A DNA stretch of 50,915 bases from Girardia tigrina (lineage: Eukaryota). The DNA is taken from assembly GCA_001938485.1 (NCBI GenBank), contig MQRK01234283.1:1-50915 (forward strand). The letters run 5' to 3'. Below the pieces are notes generated by a model. That model saw only the letters and a list, made by a program, of their open reading frames with translations. It was not told the DNA's origin and ran no database searches. Below are positions 37,880 through 50,915 of the stretch, piece after piece (the first letter of the stretch is position 1; each line of letters starts with the position of its first letter). A program made the translations under genes and the position numbers.

Positions 37880-38280
37880 AAATTAAGTAATATATGTAAG
37901 ACATGAATACCTTGAACGTATCGGAATCTACCATTTCAGGATACCACACTTGAAAATTTCTTTAAGTAAAGAAGACCCGGAATTCCGTCCAAGAAAATAA
38001 TTCAGACCGGGTAAATGGCCTTCGATACGACTACGCAAATCGATTTATCCATGAAGGTTGGCGAATGAGCCCATGTAACTTTATAGATGAAATTAGCTTC
38101 AAATTGTGAACCAGTCGAAAATCTGGACGCACAAGAAGAATGTCGCTTAATACAGTAATTCCCACAAAAAGAGGCAAAAATGTATCTGACTATAAGATTG
38201 ATAGGTCCACTACTTTGCAAAATATATATCGGTAATGTCTATCATGCCTGTTGTATTCTTCAACTCTATAACCTCACAAA
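37880..38280 (+). pseudogene. Degenerate IS630/Tc1-like transposase fragment (paralog of 39410-40110)
   Basis: Shares ATGAAGGTTGGCGAATGA, CCCACAAA..AAAA..TGTATCTGA and TTCAACT.TAACC blocks with the downstream copy. Confidence 0.6.
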
Positions 38281-38559
38281 GAAAAAATTAATTCAACAAA
38301 GAAAAGAAAATTAACCAAAAAACTAGATTATAAAATTATCAAATTAAAAAAATACCAAAATGGATAAAATCAGTTTTTCACTTTGTTTTAATAAACTATA
38401 TAAAAATGTAAACAACTCAGAGTTTAAAAATGGTTACACACAGATTTGAAACGTCGAAGATGGAGGACCGATTCAACAGTATATTTTGTGTAAATAAACC
38501 AGAAGTGCAAGAGGCCTAAGTATTGAAAGAAACCTTAGGTTGTGAAGGTTAAATTCAAA

Positions 38560-38790
38560 AAGGAATGGTCGAGAATATGAAATTTGACGATACGTGATGT
38601 GGCATGGAAATTTATTGAGAAACTGGTTCAGACAGTAACAATTGATGAAGAAAAGGATGAGGAGCAACATGCAGATATTACGGATAATCAATTTGGAGAA
38701 CATACAGAAAATAGACACCAAAGAAAGAGATATCCTCCGAAGCACTTGGATGACTATGTCCCGAACTTTTGATTGAAAGGAAGAATGCGT
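38560..38790 (+). mobile_element. 3' end of an LTR-retrotransposon pol with polypurine tract
   Basis: ORF ends RKRYPPKHLDDYV (typical integrase tail), followed by GAAAGGAAGAA|TG. Confidence 0.55.
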
Positions 38791-39409
38791 TATTTGTTTA
38801 AATGTGATCGCACATTCGTGTTGATTTAAATGTGGGTTTTGTGTTAATGTATATCTGATGATTCTGCGAAATCAAAATTCGAAAAAAATATAAACAATAA
38901 AAATAATTAACAGTTTGTTTTAAAAAACTGATTGGCGGTACAAAATTTAAAACTTTGAATATGGAATGTTTTTCCAATCTATTTTTGCTTTTTGAGTCAC
39001 GTATCACAAATTTATGCGGTGCCTGCGTAACCACACCGCCCCGTGACATAACGAACCGAGTCCGGTATTGTTATGTGCGACCCAGCGACGCATTACCAAC
39101 CGACGTGAATTGATCCGTCGAACAGACCAACCTAGGTTGAGTGGAGCAATTGCACGGCCCGCGTTCTGGGTTTCACTGATCAACGGAGAACCACTACGAA
39201 TCCGTCGCAGGACCGACATGCAACGATGTAATAACCGGTGACTGACAAGTTCCGTGGGCTTCAAGCGTTTTCGAAACGTCCGATCATCCTCGTCGGGCAG
39301 AATCTCTCCGCATGATAAAGGGGCACCGGTTGCCACTTCTCGATCCGGTGATCGGCACCTCTGTATATTTATCTTTTTAGATTTCAAATAAGTTTGTATC
39401 AAGAGTGGG

Positions 39410-40110
39410 CTTGTGAATACTATAAGATATTCAGGAAACGAAAGAATTGAATATATCTCAATCAATAATTTCAGGATTTTTCACTGGAAAGTTAATCTGT
39501 CAAAACGGAATTCTGATCTAGTCAAGGCCCTTCAATCCGATTATGTCAGTATATTTCTCAATGAAGGTTGGCGAATGAATCAGTGTATCTTCATTGTCGA
39601 AATCGGCTTCAATTTATGGGCTAGCAGGCAACATGGACGATAACAGAAAAGATTTACAGTTAATGAAGTCGTTCCCACAAACAGGGGAAAAATATGTATC
39701 TGATTATGGAGATAGGACAAAATGGTCAAGTGCTGTTTAAATTAAACAGCGGCAGTGTAGATCACGCCAAATATCATTCATTTATCAGCGACCTATCCAG
39801 TAGTTTGCCAAGAACTCTGAATTATATAATCAATGATAATACTAAAATTCATTTTACTACCCCATCTATTTATCAGATTATTCAACTGTAACCCTATTCG
39901 CCATTCCTCAATCCGATTGAGACTTTCTTTGTTAGGCTAAAGCAGGATCTCAGACTAATTATGCAGATATACTGTCTTCGTCTCACCAGTAAAGACAAGT
40001 CGTTTTTGAAGACAGAATCGGAGATGAAGCAGCAAAGAAAGATTAAAAAGACATGAGGAATTATTATCGACATGTCAAACGCTCTTTTTACTGTGTTTTA
40101 AAAAAGATAT
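39410..40110 (+). pseudogene. IS630/Tc1-like DDE transposase remnant
   Basis: IFIVEIGFNLW (decayed DExGFN), VPTNRGKN, INDNTKIH, PYSPFLNPIETFF. Confidence 0.8.
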
Positions 40111-43014
40111 ACATGGTGATTGATGTTATAATTTTTGCTAATAAATATTTATAAATCTGACTTTTTAATTCATTTCATATTTCCAGTCAAAATTATAAGT
40201 ACAAAATGCATTCATGCTACTCTTAACATTTAGTTAATCACTGTTAACTGCATAACACTATATATAGAGAGGATAGAAAAAATTAAAACATACATAAATA
40301 CATGCACAAAGACAAATTAAAAACCACTCATACATGCATTTTTTTACATTCATTAAGGGCATAAACTACACCCATTTATTTAATTTAAATTGCCCTTTGG
40401 TACGAGAGTGAGTTGTGCAGAATGAGAATGCTATTATCATTGTCCGGGATGATTCCATTCATTGTTTTCCCTTTTAAGGCGCTGAGCATGATCTATCCAT
40501 CGCTGAAACACGACTTCACCCATTCGATCCGCGATTTCCGAAAAATTTTCTCACGACTCTCGGCCGCGACGATAACAAGGTTCTCGGTTCGATAGATTCG
40601 ACAATGTCGACCAATTGGTCAATGCAAATCGTTCGATTGACGAGGAAAATCCCGATCAATTTTTGAGCTGATTTTATCGACTTCGCGAGCACTCAAGAAA
40701 CAGCTGGACTTAAAGACGATCAACAGCTGGAGTAAACGCTCTATCAACTTTGTTGAGCTTTCATCGAAATCGTGACAAACCGGAAATGCACATTCACAGA
40801 GACGCTCAATATCCTGATTAACACTGCAATTACCACAGGGACAAACATTGTGGTAGGAAAGCTTTACAAATTGATGTCATGGAGGTACCTTTCTACTGTG
40901 GAATAGATGAAAGCCAGAACTACAATATATTTCAAAGATATCAACGCCATTGTTTATTACTTTGTGCGGTTAGAAATTTTTATCTTGTAATATATTAGCT
41001 TGTAATTAATAATACGAAATTTAAAAGGTATAAGTTTAAATGGAAACGAAACACAGGTTCATAATGATTCTGAGTTGTCTTTTTCAAAGCATTGATATTT
41101 ATGGGCTCACCATAATCACACGACACTGTAACAGGTTAGCATTCAATGTGTTAAAGTGGAAGTACCCGAATTATTGCAAATTTTTAAGTATTGTGAAACA
41201 ATCGAAGATTTGACGAAATGTGAGTGAATTCATCTACAATCTTTATAACGACTCAGATAATTTAGAAAAAATCATGCTTTTATTTTTATTTTACAATAAT
41301 TGTTGTTGTATTAATGTACCGAATTATAAGTATTGATTATTTTTTGGATCACTGTTGAAAATTTTATTTTCAAAAAGAATCCCGCGAAAGAATTTATACT
41401 GACTCGAACAAAGAAATTCAATCGATCATTACTTCGATTTCGACTGTTGCTTTTAAGCCATTCGACCAATCAGAAACAGCCACGTCGAAAAACATTAATT
41501 TATTTTTATTTTGAAATGGAACTATACCATTTTTTATTTTTATTATTGTTTCATTTTTTTAACATAACCAGAAAAATATTTCGTTACATTGCAAATCCTT
41601 AGTCAAAAATTAATGAACACAATTGGAAACTTTACAAAATTCAGTGCAATGTCGTTAATGTCTGATAATGATACAAACACTCTCTCATACACACAATTAC
41701 ACGTATAAATAAATACATATAATCACAATACATTCAAGCACGCCTTTTATCACGCATAGCTGCCAAAGTTAAAGCTTTTCGTGGTGGAGGCATCCGTTGT
41801 ATGGGTTTACTACCAGAATCGATTTCATCTCTATTTTCTTGAATTTCTGAGACAATGATTGATCCTTGAGTATTTAGTTTTATTAGTTGATTGTGTCCAT
41901 AATCTGATTTAGCTGTAAAAAACGCTGAAGGGGCCACCATCACACCCGCAAGTAATCTTGTCACCGACGTTGGAATTGATAGCGGAACTTGATTTCCAGA
42001 CATTACTATCGCCTCGTAAAATGCATTTTAAAGTCGCTGTTTTATTGGAATTCGAAAGCGTTTGTTGTGCAACATCGGAATCGTCGAATGTTTGAGATAC
42101 AGATTGAGGGAAACTGGACGGCGATGAAATACCCAGAATGAACTCGTTGTGAGGCTTGATTGCCTCATCAGTATTTGTCGTATTGTATCAGTATTTCGAA
42201 ATTGTGGTACGAATATTTTTTAAAATGAAGTTAGTGATGAGAAATAAGTTACATATTCAATATAGATATTTTGATCTGGAATTATCTTCGATGTCCGCGC
42301 TGATGTCGACTGCATCTTACTACACTTAATTTGTCGAAATTATGATGTTTAACATGTGAATATATCGATTTTATAAGAAAATTATTTATTGATTTGAAAA
42401 CTCACCAATATTTATTTGTATTATTCAAACAATTTTTTAATTCGACATTTTTTAATTAACAAATTTAATTTACATTTATAAAGTTTTTAATGCTCTAACG
42501 TTGTCAGTTCATCCTCTTTTTTTAATTAATTATAATGTTATATATTTAATATAAAAAAAATTATTGACGAAAAGGTTTTTTTATTTTAAAAGTGAAAGAA
42601 AAAGTAAAATTTGTTTAATAATTATTTTCTGATTTTTATTTATAAAACTAACATGTGTTAGTTACTGGTCACTACAAGTACAATCAACATTTTCAATTTT
42701 AAGTTTTTCTGTCTTTACAATGCCTTTGGAGTAGATTTTTTCAAACTTTTATCTTTGATTTCCGTTGAATTATCAATATCATTGAATCATCTTCACTTTG
42801 TATATTAGCTAATTTACTATTTCATTAGAAACGATATTTAGAGAATTCGGTAGTCCAAAAGTTTCATTTTTTTAAAAAAACAATGAATAATTTTGCTTCC
42901 GATTGAAAATAGATTTTTAAGAGCTGCATCTAAACTGTTCGTCGGATTTATTCACAACCATAATAATCATTTAAAAATACCCTTAATAAATGTAAAAAAT
43001 TGAATGTATGAAGT

Positions 43015-43459
43015 GGTATAGTTCCTTATGGGGCCAAGCATATATAAAAAATATGACAATATACAAAAATTATAAGTATTCCAAGAAAAATTTTTTAAAT
43101 TTTTCAACATTAATTTTAAAAAAATTTATTTCATATTTTTCCAGGTATGTCTAATATATTTTATATATTTAAAATTGAATAATTTTATTAGAATTATTAT
43201 TTTGTTTTTTAAATTAGTTTCAGTTAATTTTACTATGGAAAAATAAGAAAAAATAGCAAATAGTTTTTTAAAAAATAAGACAAAAAATATTTAATTTAAA
43301 AATATACATAAAATAAGTCAGAAGTTATTTATTATGGACACTATATAGATGTATTTAAAAAATTTTTTTAATTTATAAAATATTTTTTCTGGATTATTTA
43401 TAATTTTTTAATTATTGTCATATTTTTATATTTGTGTAGGTCACTACGGAACTACATCC
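43015..43459. mobile_element. MITE/foldback with long imperfect TIRs
   Basis: GGTATAGTTCC...AAAAATATGACAAT mirrored by ATTGTCATATTTTT...GGAACTACATCC; a related end GGGTATAGTTCC lies at ~46866. Confidence 0.6.
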
Positions 43460-45485
43460 AAAGCCAAATATATAGTAAGGTTTATTCTAATTTTAAAGAA
43501 TATTACCGCCACATTAAAAAGTATTTTTCATCTTCGCTTTGATATTAACAGAGATCGATAATTTGTAAATTAAATGTAAATAAAGAAATAAATTTATAAA
43601 AAAAATCTCCTTAATTTTTTGTAATTTTATACATGATAAATTGTGAGTTAAATATAAAACCTGGAGACCAGGAAAAAAGAGACCACATAAAATTATGAAA
43701 ATCAAAAAAAATTAGTAAAGTTATTTAAATTTAAGTAAAAATTTAGTATTGCTTCTGTGGTCGAAAATTATTCAAGTGAACCTGATAGACTTAAATATTT
43801 ACGTACACTTGCAAATTTGCAGTAAGATATATTGTGATTCAATATCAAGTGAAAATTGACTTTGTTATGATTAAAATACAATAAAAAATAATTAAAATTT
43901 TCTGATTTATTTACATATATTTCTATTCAGGAATCTAACCAAATGTCTAGAAGGTATTTCTAATCGGGAACTGGTGTAGAATAAATAATAAGCAAAGTAA
44001 TATAACCCATGGGAATGGATCTGAAGGTCATTACGATGGATCTCAAGCTAGGAGAAATGTCAAATTATATAGAGTGGGTAGAAAAATTCCAAACAAACCT
44101 CATCCCATACTCACAAGACACACAAACAACTTCAATACGCACATGGATACATACGTAATTTAAAAGCATTTATAAGATCGGTAAGTATTTATATATGACA
44201 CTGGACAATATTTAAAAAGCAAATTTAATCACATTTTTTTAAAAAAAATGAAACGACAAGATAGAAGAAATGACTCTTCAGAAATAGAGAGTTACCATGT
44301 GTTCCATTTCGTTAAATAATTTAAGTTTTTATCTCAATAAAATTGTTTTTTTATAAAAGTAAAAAAAACGAAGTAAAAGAAAAAAATAATAAGAAAAAAT
44401 GATATATATTTATACAGTGTAATTGTAGTTCGATGTATATAGTTTGAAGTTGATATTTGTTTTAATAATATGATAAAATTAATTTGCGGTAACTTCACTG
44501 TATAGTTGAATAAAATTAAAATAAAGAATATGAAGAGAAGTCGTGCCTCCACATTAAATCTAGAAAATCGAAAATTTCTTCATATTCTCGATATAGGTTG
44601 GTTTATGGAATAGAGACATTCGTCGGAAATGATAATTTTCCCAAACATTTTTGAGGATATCGCAAGGATACCCTATCGAATGTTTCGCTCGGAGTATATT
44701 TTTTAATGTGTAATCTATTGGGATATTCTTCGTCCCGAAACCGCGAGTCATTTATCATTGATAAAGTGAAATACAATTTAAAAGGCCAGTGATATATTTT
44801 TTTGTTAAATTGTCAATTGACTAATTTTAAACACAAATTTAAAAGGCTTTTTTAGTGAGACAATATTTATTTTCCCTAACAGAATTATTGCTATTGATTG
44901 ACATAACATTGAATTGTGAACTTTACATGCAAACACACACCCTAATATGCACATGCCGTCACCAATTATTTACACTATGAAACAAAAACACATTCACGAA
45001 TCCACTCACACAACAAACACACCAAAGGCAATTTGCACGCATACTCGCAATCACATTATTCAATCGAACTCTTAAAACAATTAACTTACATACACATTGA
45101 TTGATGTTTACACACACCGTAAATTTCATACATCCATTCAAACCGATTAATTTCCACTCCAGTATATATTGATTGATTTTTTTTCTTTTTCGAAATTAAT
45201 TTTGTATCAAATACCGTGAAAATAAGTATTTTTTATAAAAAATACATATGTGGAAGGATTCTTGTGTTTATATATTTTTAGTAAATGAAAAACAAATAAT
45301 ATAAAAATAATTATTTATATTTATATAAAGTTACAGAATAAATGAAAGAAATGTTTAATGCAATGTTATGGCCTCTGGCCAATTTTAGAGTTACTGAGAA
45401 CCTTTTTCGATTACTCAAAACCAACAGAGATTTTATGTGATTTAGTGCTATATATTTTCAGTATAGCAAAAGAATAAATAATATA

Positions 45486-46060
45486 CGAGGGGTGTCCCAA
45501 AAGTTCACGGACTGAGAGAATATGGCGTGGTCACGTGTGTGTGTGACTGTAACGCGCGGTGTGTGTACGATGAAATGATGAGGGAACCAACCAATTGTAA
45601 TTGAGGTGAACTCTCATTGGCTTTTGTAGTTTTTGATCTCTCTCTCTCTCTTGTAGTTAGTATGGAAGAGGCAGTGAAATCTCAACGAGCAATCATCTAT
45701 TTTCTCTGGAAGGAAGACACCTCCACTGTAGATATTGTGCACCGTTTACACCGCGTCTTTGCTGATGCCGCTATGGAAAGGACGGCTGTCTTTAAGTGGG
45801 TGCAACGATTCCAGGCAGGGCGACAATCATTGGAGAATGATGAACGCAGTGGTCGACCAATAACGGCTGGATGTCAAGAAAATGTGAAAGTTATCGAGGA
45901 AGTTATTCTTAGTGAATGATGTGAAAGTGCGTGAAACTGAATGGTGATTATATTGAAAAGTTCGATCGCGATTCTGATGAGGATTGATCAATTTTGTTAA
46001 TTGGAATAAAGTTTTTGAATTTGTTTCTTATCAGTCCGCGAACTTTTGGGACACCCCTCG
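45486..46060 (+). mobile_element. Internally deleted mariner (575 bp)
   Basis: 30-bp TIRs CGAGGGGTGTCCCAAAAGTTC(A/G)CGGACTGA with TA TSD. N-terminal HTH (..KWVQRFQAGRQSLENDERSGRP) is joined to the C-terminal KCVKLNGDYIEK. Confidence 0.92.
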
Positions 46061-47935
46061 TATATATAAAATTATGCACCTTTTCATATTTAATTTCTTT
46101 GTAGCAGTTGCTATATTTAATCTTGAATAGTCGACTTATATGACTTTAGCACAAGACAGATGTTACAATTAATTCACTTTTTCAAGCAGCAGACTTCAAC
46201 GTAAGCAGATGTTCTTTAGGGATCTATCGATTCTCTTTCTTAGGAATAAATAACTAATAGATATCACTCTTTCACACAGTTGACTTTAGCATGAAATTGT
46301 AAGGCATATGTTTCAAATATTTTTCAAATTTCAAATACGAATTTCAAAGATGAATATCTCAGGAAGGAAGCAACATGGATAGAAGATCCCAGAAGGAAAA
46401 ATGCTTAAAATCAGGTAAATTTTCATTTTTTTAAAAAATTTGTGAGGGCTTAATCGGAACTGATTCCCATATGTTCTCTGTAGATCAAACGATTCTGTTT
46501 TAGAAATGTCAATTAAGTTTTTTCAGTGACTACTAAAACGTTCTGTAATTTATATACTAATTTTTTGTTTAATTAAAATTTTTTATTTTTATTTATTTAT
46601 AAAAATCTAATAAAAATTTAACATTTCCCTCTTGATATTTATTCTTTATTTCCCTTTAATTCATCTTGTTTATATAAAGTATATAATTTGAAGTTTTTTA
46701 ACATAAATATTTGCCTCCTCGAAACGACTTCCGATCTGCTCGCCACAAACACTTTATAAATCATAAATAATTGAATAAATTATTAATTAAATCATAAATG
46801 ATTCAATTGAATGATATGTCTAAAATAAAAATTTCTTAATAATTTTAACCCAGTTTAAAAATAATGGGTATAGTTCCCTTCTGGCCCCATCAAAAAATAA
46901 AAAAGTGATAATATGTAAAATAATCCAAGAATACATAGAAAAATATTTTTCAAATTCTGAAAAATTTTTGTTCACTAAAAAACAGGGATTGAAAGTAGCG
47001 TATATTTAAGTATTTTAATTTGTACATTTTTGTTATTTTCCAATAAATATTTATAAATCATAAATGTTAGGAAGTCGTTTCGAGGAAAACAACGAAATCA
47101 ATATATCAGATTTCATAATAACCGTTAAAAAAGATCAAAATCTCAAGAAGGTAATTCAGCAAAGATTGTTAGTGAAAATATTTTACTATAAATATTTTTA
47201 AGTAAAAAATATTTTTACTTTACTTTAAAATGTACTTCAAAAAAATATTTTATAAAATACTCACTTTACCTTACAAAATCAATTACAAAATCAATTACAA
47301 ATTAATTTACCTGCTTGGCGAACAAAAATGGAGGCGGTATATTTTGAGACATTTAAACAAACGAAAATGTCTTTCTTAATTGAATTTTTTCCAAATAACA
47401 GAGGAAAATAATAATTTGTTAAAAATAAATTTCTTTCAAAAAATAATTGTGATTGAAAATTTTTTACTAAAAATTTTATTTCTATGAATATTTTTTTAAT
47501 TTAATAAAATATTCATTTTAATAATTATTTTGAGAACTACCAATTAATCGTAAATAAAGACAAAATCGGTTAAGGATCATTAAACAATTTTAAAATTGTT
47601 ATGCGGTTCTTCAATTTTATTTCTTTTTTACTTAATTGGGTGATTTGCTTTTTGATATTGTCCTATAAAACCCATTTTTTGAGATAATGTATTTTACAAA
47701 ATAATTATTTATATTTAGTGCGATATATTGATTAGATTTAATTTAAAATGTATTTAGTTTTAAAACTATAAATGTTAAAAAATTTAAAAAAATATGCCAC
47801 CCTATCCTAAATGTTGCCGAACAAATGATTTTTTAAATAAATGAATATGAAAAATGATTCAATTGCGTGTTATGTGTTACATGTTAAATTTATTTCTAAA
47901 ATGAAATATTTAACATGAAAAAATATAGATAATTA

Positions 47936-49292
47936 CAGGGTGCGGCAGCTATTTGAGAACAAAATGACATAAAGTTCAAAAAATGAATATACAACAGAAA
48001 AATAACATTTATTACAATTTAAAATTTTACATATATTAACTAGTACATAAAGGACTACATCATTCAATGAAACCGCCATTAGCGGCAATAACGGCCTCTA
48101 CACGTCGTCGAAACCGACTGCAGGCAGTAATTAGATGGGTCTTTGGAATGTTTGCCATTGNNNNNNNNNNNNNNNNNNNNNNNNNNNNNNNNNNNNNNNN
48201 NNNNNNNNNNNNNNNNNNNNNNNNNNNNNNNNNNNNNNNNNNNNNNNNNNNNNNNNNNNNNNNNNNNNNNNNNNNNNNNNNNNNNNNNNNNNNNNNNNNN
48301 NNNNNNNNNNNNNNNNNNNNNNNNNNNNNNNNNNNNNNNNNNNNNNNNNNNNNNNNNNNNNNNNNNNNNNNNNNNNNNNNNNNNNNNNNNNNNNNNNNNN
48401 NNNNNNNNNNNNNNNNNNNNNNNNNNNNNNNNNNNNNNNNNNNNNNNNNNNNNNNNNNNNNNNNNNNNNNNNNNNNNNNNNNNNNNNNNNNNNNNNNNNN
48501 NNNNNNNNNNNNNNNNNNNNNNNNNNNNNNNNNNNNNNNNNNNNNNNNNNNNNNNNNNNNNNNNNNNNNNNNNNNNNNNNNNNNNNNNNNNNNNNNNNNN
48601 NNNNNNNNNNNNNNNNNNNNNNNNNNNNNNNNNNNNNNNNNNNNNNNNNNNNNNNNNNNNNNNNNNNNNNNNNNNNNNNNNNNNNNNNNNNNNNNNNNNN
48701 NNNNNNNNNNNNNNNNNNNNNNNNNNNNNNNNNNNNNNNNNNNNNNNNNNNNNNNNNNNNNNNNNNNNNNNNNNNNNNNNNNNNNNNNNNNNNNNNNNNN
48801 NNNNNNNNNNNNNNNNNNNNNNNNNNNNNNNNNNNNNNNNNNNNNNNNNNNATATGATGTGTAACGAAGGTCCTCATGAACCACCCGCCGGATAGTAGCT
48901 TCGTCAACCTGCAGTTCCCTGCCCAGTGACCTCATAGACTTCCCAGGGTTCTCATCGATGACAGATTGGATTCGGCTTACAAATTCTGCATTTCTGATAC
49001 TGTCCGAACGTCTACAAACTTGTTTCCGTTGCGAAGCTTTAGCCCCATCACCCTTTCGCAGCTTCTAATTCTGTACGAACTTTAAAAACAAACGACCGGG
49101 CGACTTTCAAAAATGTAGGAATTTCTGAATCGGTGTGTCCTGCAGCTAATGACACAATAACTGCATGCCTTTTCATTTCACTCGTAAGAGTAGCTTCTGC
49201 CATGTCTACCAGCAAAAATAAAATTATGTAATTATAACACACAAAAGATATGGTGTCTATGTTACGTGTTCTCAAATAGCTGCCGCACCCTG
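47936..49292 (-). mobile_element. maT/DD37D-like Tc1-mariner element with an internal N-gap
   Basis: TIRs CAGGGTGCGGCAGCTATTTGAGAAC with TA TSD; SMRSLGRELQVDEATIRRVVHEDL and ACSRFRRRVEAVIAANGGFIE. The catalytic core is hidden in Ns, so the subfamily is inferred. Confidence 0.85.
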
Positions 49293-49368
49293 TATTTGCT
49301 TAAATAATATCTATTTAAAAAGTATTAGTCAGTGAAAAATAAATTTTATAGATTTGTGATTCGTATGC

Positions 49369-49826
49369 TACATGACGGAAATCTGGTACAAACAAGGGTT
49401 AACCGCTATGAAAATTCTCAGCGGTAATCTAATGGACAAATAATTTGCTATAAATGTAAGCAAGTTGGACATATAGCAAAATATTGCAAGTCGGGAAACG
49501 GACAGGGAAGTTTGTAGGCGCCGGCTCTCTCCCTCTGACATTTCCGGCGCTGCCAACCATGACTGTCATTGTTAACAACAAGTCGGTTACAGCGTTGATA
49601 GATTCGGGTTGCTCAAAAACTGTTGTTTTGAAAGGTTTGATCAAGGGAAACTCGTTTCAGTCAAATGAGCAAAGAATTGTTTTGGCTAATGGCGATGATA
49701 TATGTGTGGGGATTAGTGATGTGGAATTGACTATATACAATAGAACTATGAAAGTAGAATGTTCTGTCATGAAATACTTACCCTATGATTTGGGAATTTT
49801 AATTGGTATGGATGTTATAAGTGAAC
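49369..49826 (+). mobile_element. Second partial copy of the Gypsy gag-protease region
   Basis: Near-identical to ~9731-10185 (ALIDSGCSKTVVLKG). Confidence 0.9.
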
Positions 49827-50770
49827 TTACTTACACCTTGTCGGACGTAGAGAGCCTTGGAGAGACAAACGAGGACCCTTCAGCGTACTTACCGAGGATT
49901 GCCCGCATCACCTCTGCAAGGTTCTTCGTCACTGATTTTAGAATTTGCATATATTTACGACTCAATCTTGTTATTATATGGATTATTATATTTACTACGA
50001 TTACTACCATTACGTTTATATTGCTAATATATTAATTATTATTATTATTATTCTTATATAAGGAGCACATTCGCGATTTTGTGTATATGTGGATGACCGC
50101 GTAGATTGCTATTGTAATTAGGTACTATTATACTTTATCAACGCCTCAACCATGACCTCCGAATTATTTCCGAATCGAACTCCGAATTATTTAAATCATG
50201 AAATTTTATCTAAACAAAATTTACTCAATGATTTCACCGATTTAAATATTTACTCTATTTCGATCATTTTAGTGATTATTCACTAATGGCCGTATTGCAA
50301 ATTTTTCTGATCAAAAGGGTGTTTTTGATTACTTTAAAGATTTTCCATTTTTCATTATGTACCTTATGAATATAAATAAAAATAATTATTTTGGATATAT
50401 TTACTTATATTGGAAAATCTGGGCTATGTTGAGATTCTCTAAATAGAAAAGTAATAAAATATATAAAATTAGTTTTCCGCTCTCCTAAATAAAAATAAAT
50501 TTAAAAAGTAATAAATAAATAAATCAAATAAATAAATTAATAATCAGGACGCGTAATCCCATTTTAACCTTCCCTTTGTTTGAGCACATTGCTCAGGGAC
50601 GCGAGGCGGTTAGTTGGAATAATAACAATGAAAGCAAACAAATAAATAGGTATATAAATTTTAGTAAATAATTATTATTTATTATTATTATTAATTTAAT
50701 CTATATTACTAATTTTATCTCTATTTATTTTTTTAGTATATTATTATTATTATTACTATTATTATATTTA

Positions 50771-50915
50771 AGTAGGGAGAAAATGGGCATTCTGCATACA
50801 CCCCCCCCTAGCCGTTACCATGGCAACGGTATAGGTTATCGTGGTTACCATGGCAACGGTCGCGATTACCATAGCAACGGTCGCGGTTACCATGGCAACG
50901 GTCGCGGTTACCATG
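50771..50915 (+). repeat. Terminus of the same repeat family as 1-160, inverted
   Basis: AGTAGGGAGAAAATG...C-run...(GTTACCATGGCAACGGTCGCG)n. Confidence 0.6.

Overview
AT-rich eukaryotic (probably invertebrate) scaffold that is mostly a transposon graveyard: MULE, Mos1-like mariner, pogo, Tc1/IS630, DD37E, maT, piggyBac, Penelope, Helitron and Gypsy remnants, plus decayed TBP-like and SMC4-like fragments. No intact host gene was recognised. The outstanding feature is a nearly intact ~6.05-kb endogenous ssDNA-virus-like element (~17951-24026) bounded by apparently identical 243-bp inverted terminal repeats and a GC-rich hairpin at the left end. It carries four genes: a parvovirus-type jelly-roll capsid, a separate PLA2-domain minor capsid-like protein, an intron-containing circovirus/CRESS-type HUH-SF3 Rep, and a second stand-alone parvovirus NS1-type SF3 helicase. 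This chimeric architecture (parvoviral structural module, CRESS Rep and an extra helicase in a linear ITR-bounded genome) matches no virus family I can name. Both window ends carry the same RFX X-box-like tandem array in inverted orientation. All protein calls are by-eye motif recognition; no database searches were run.
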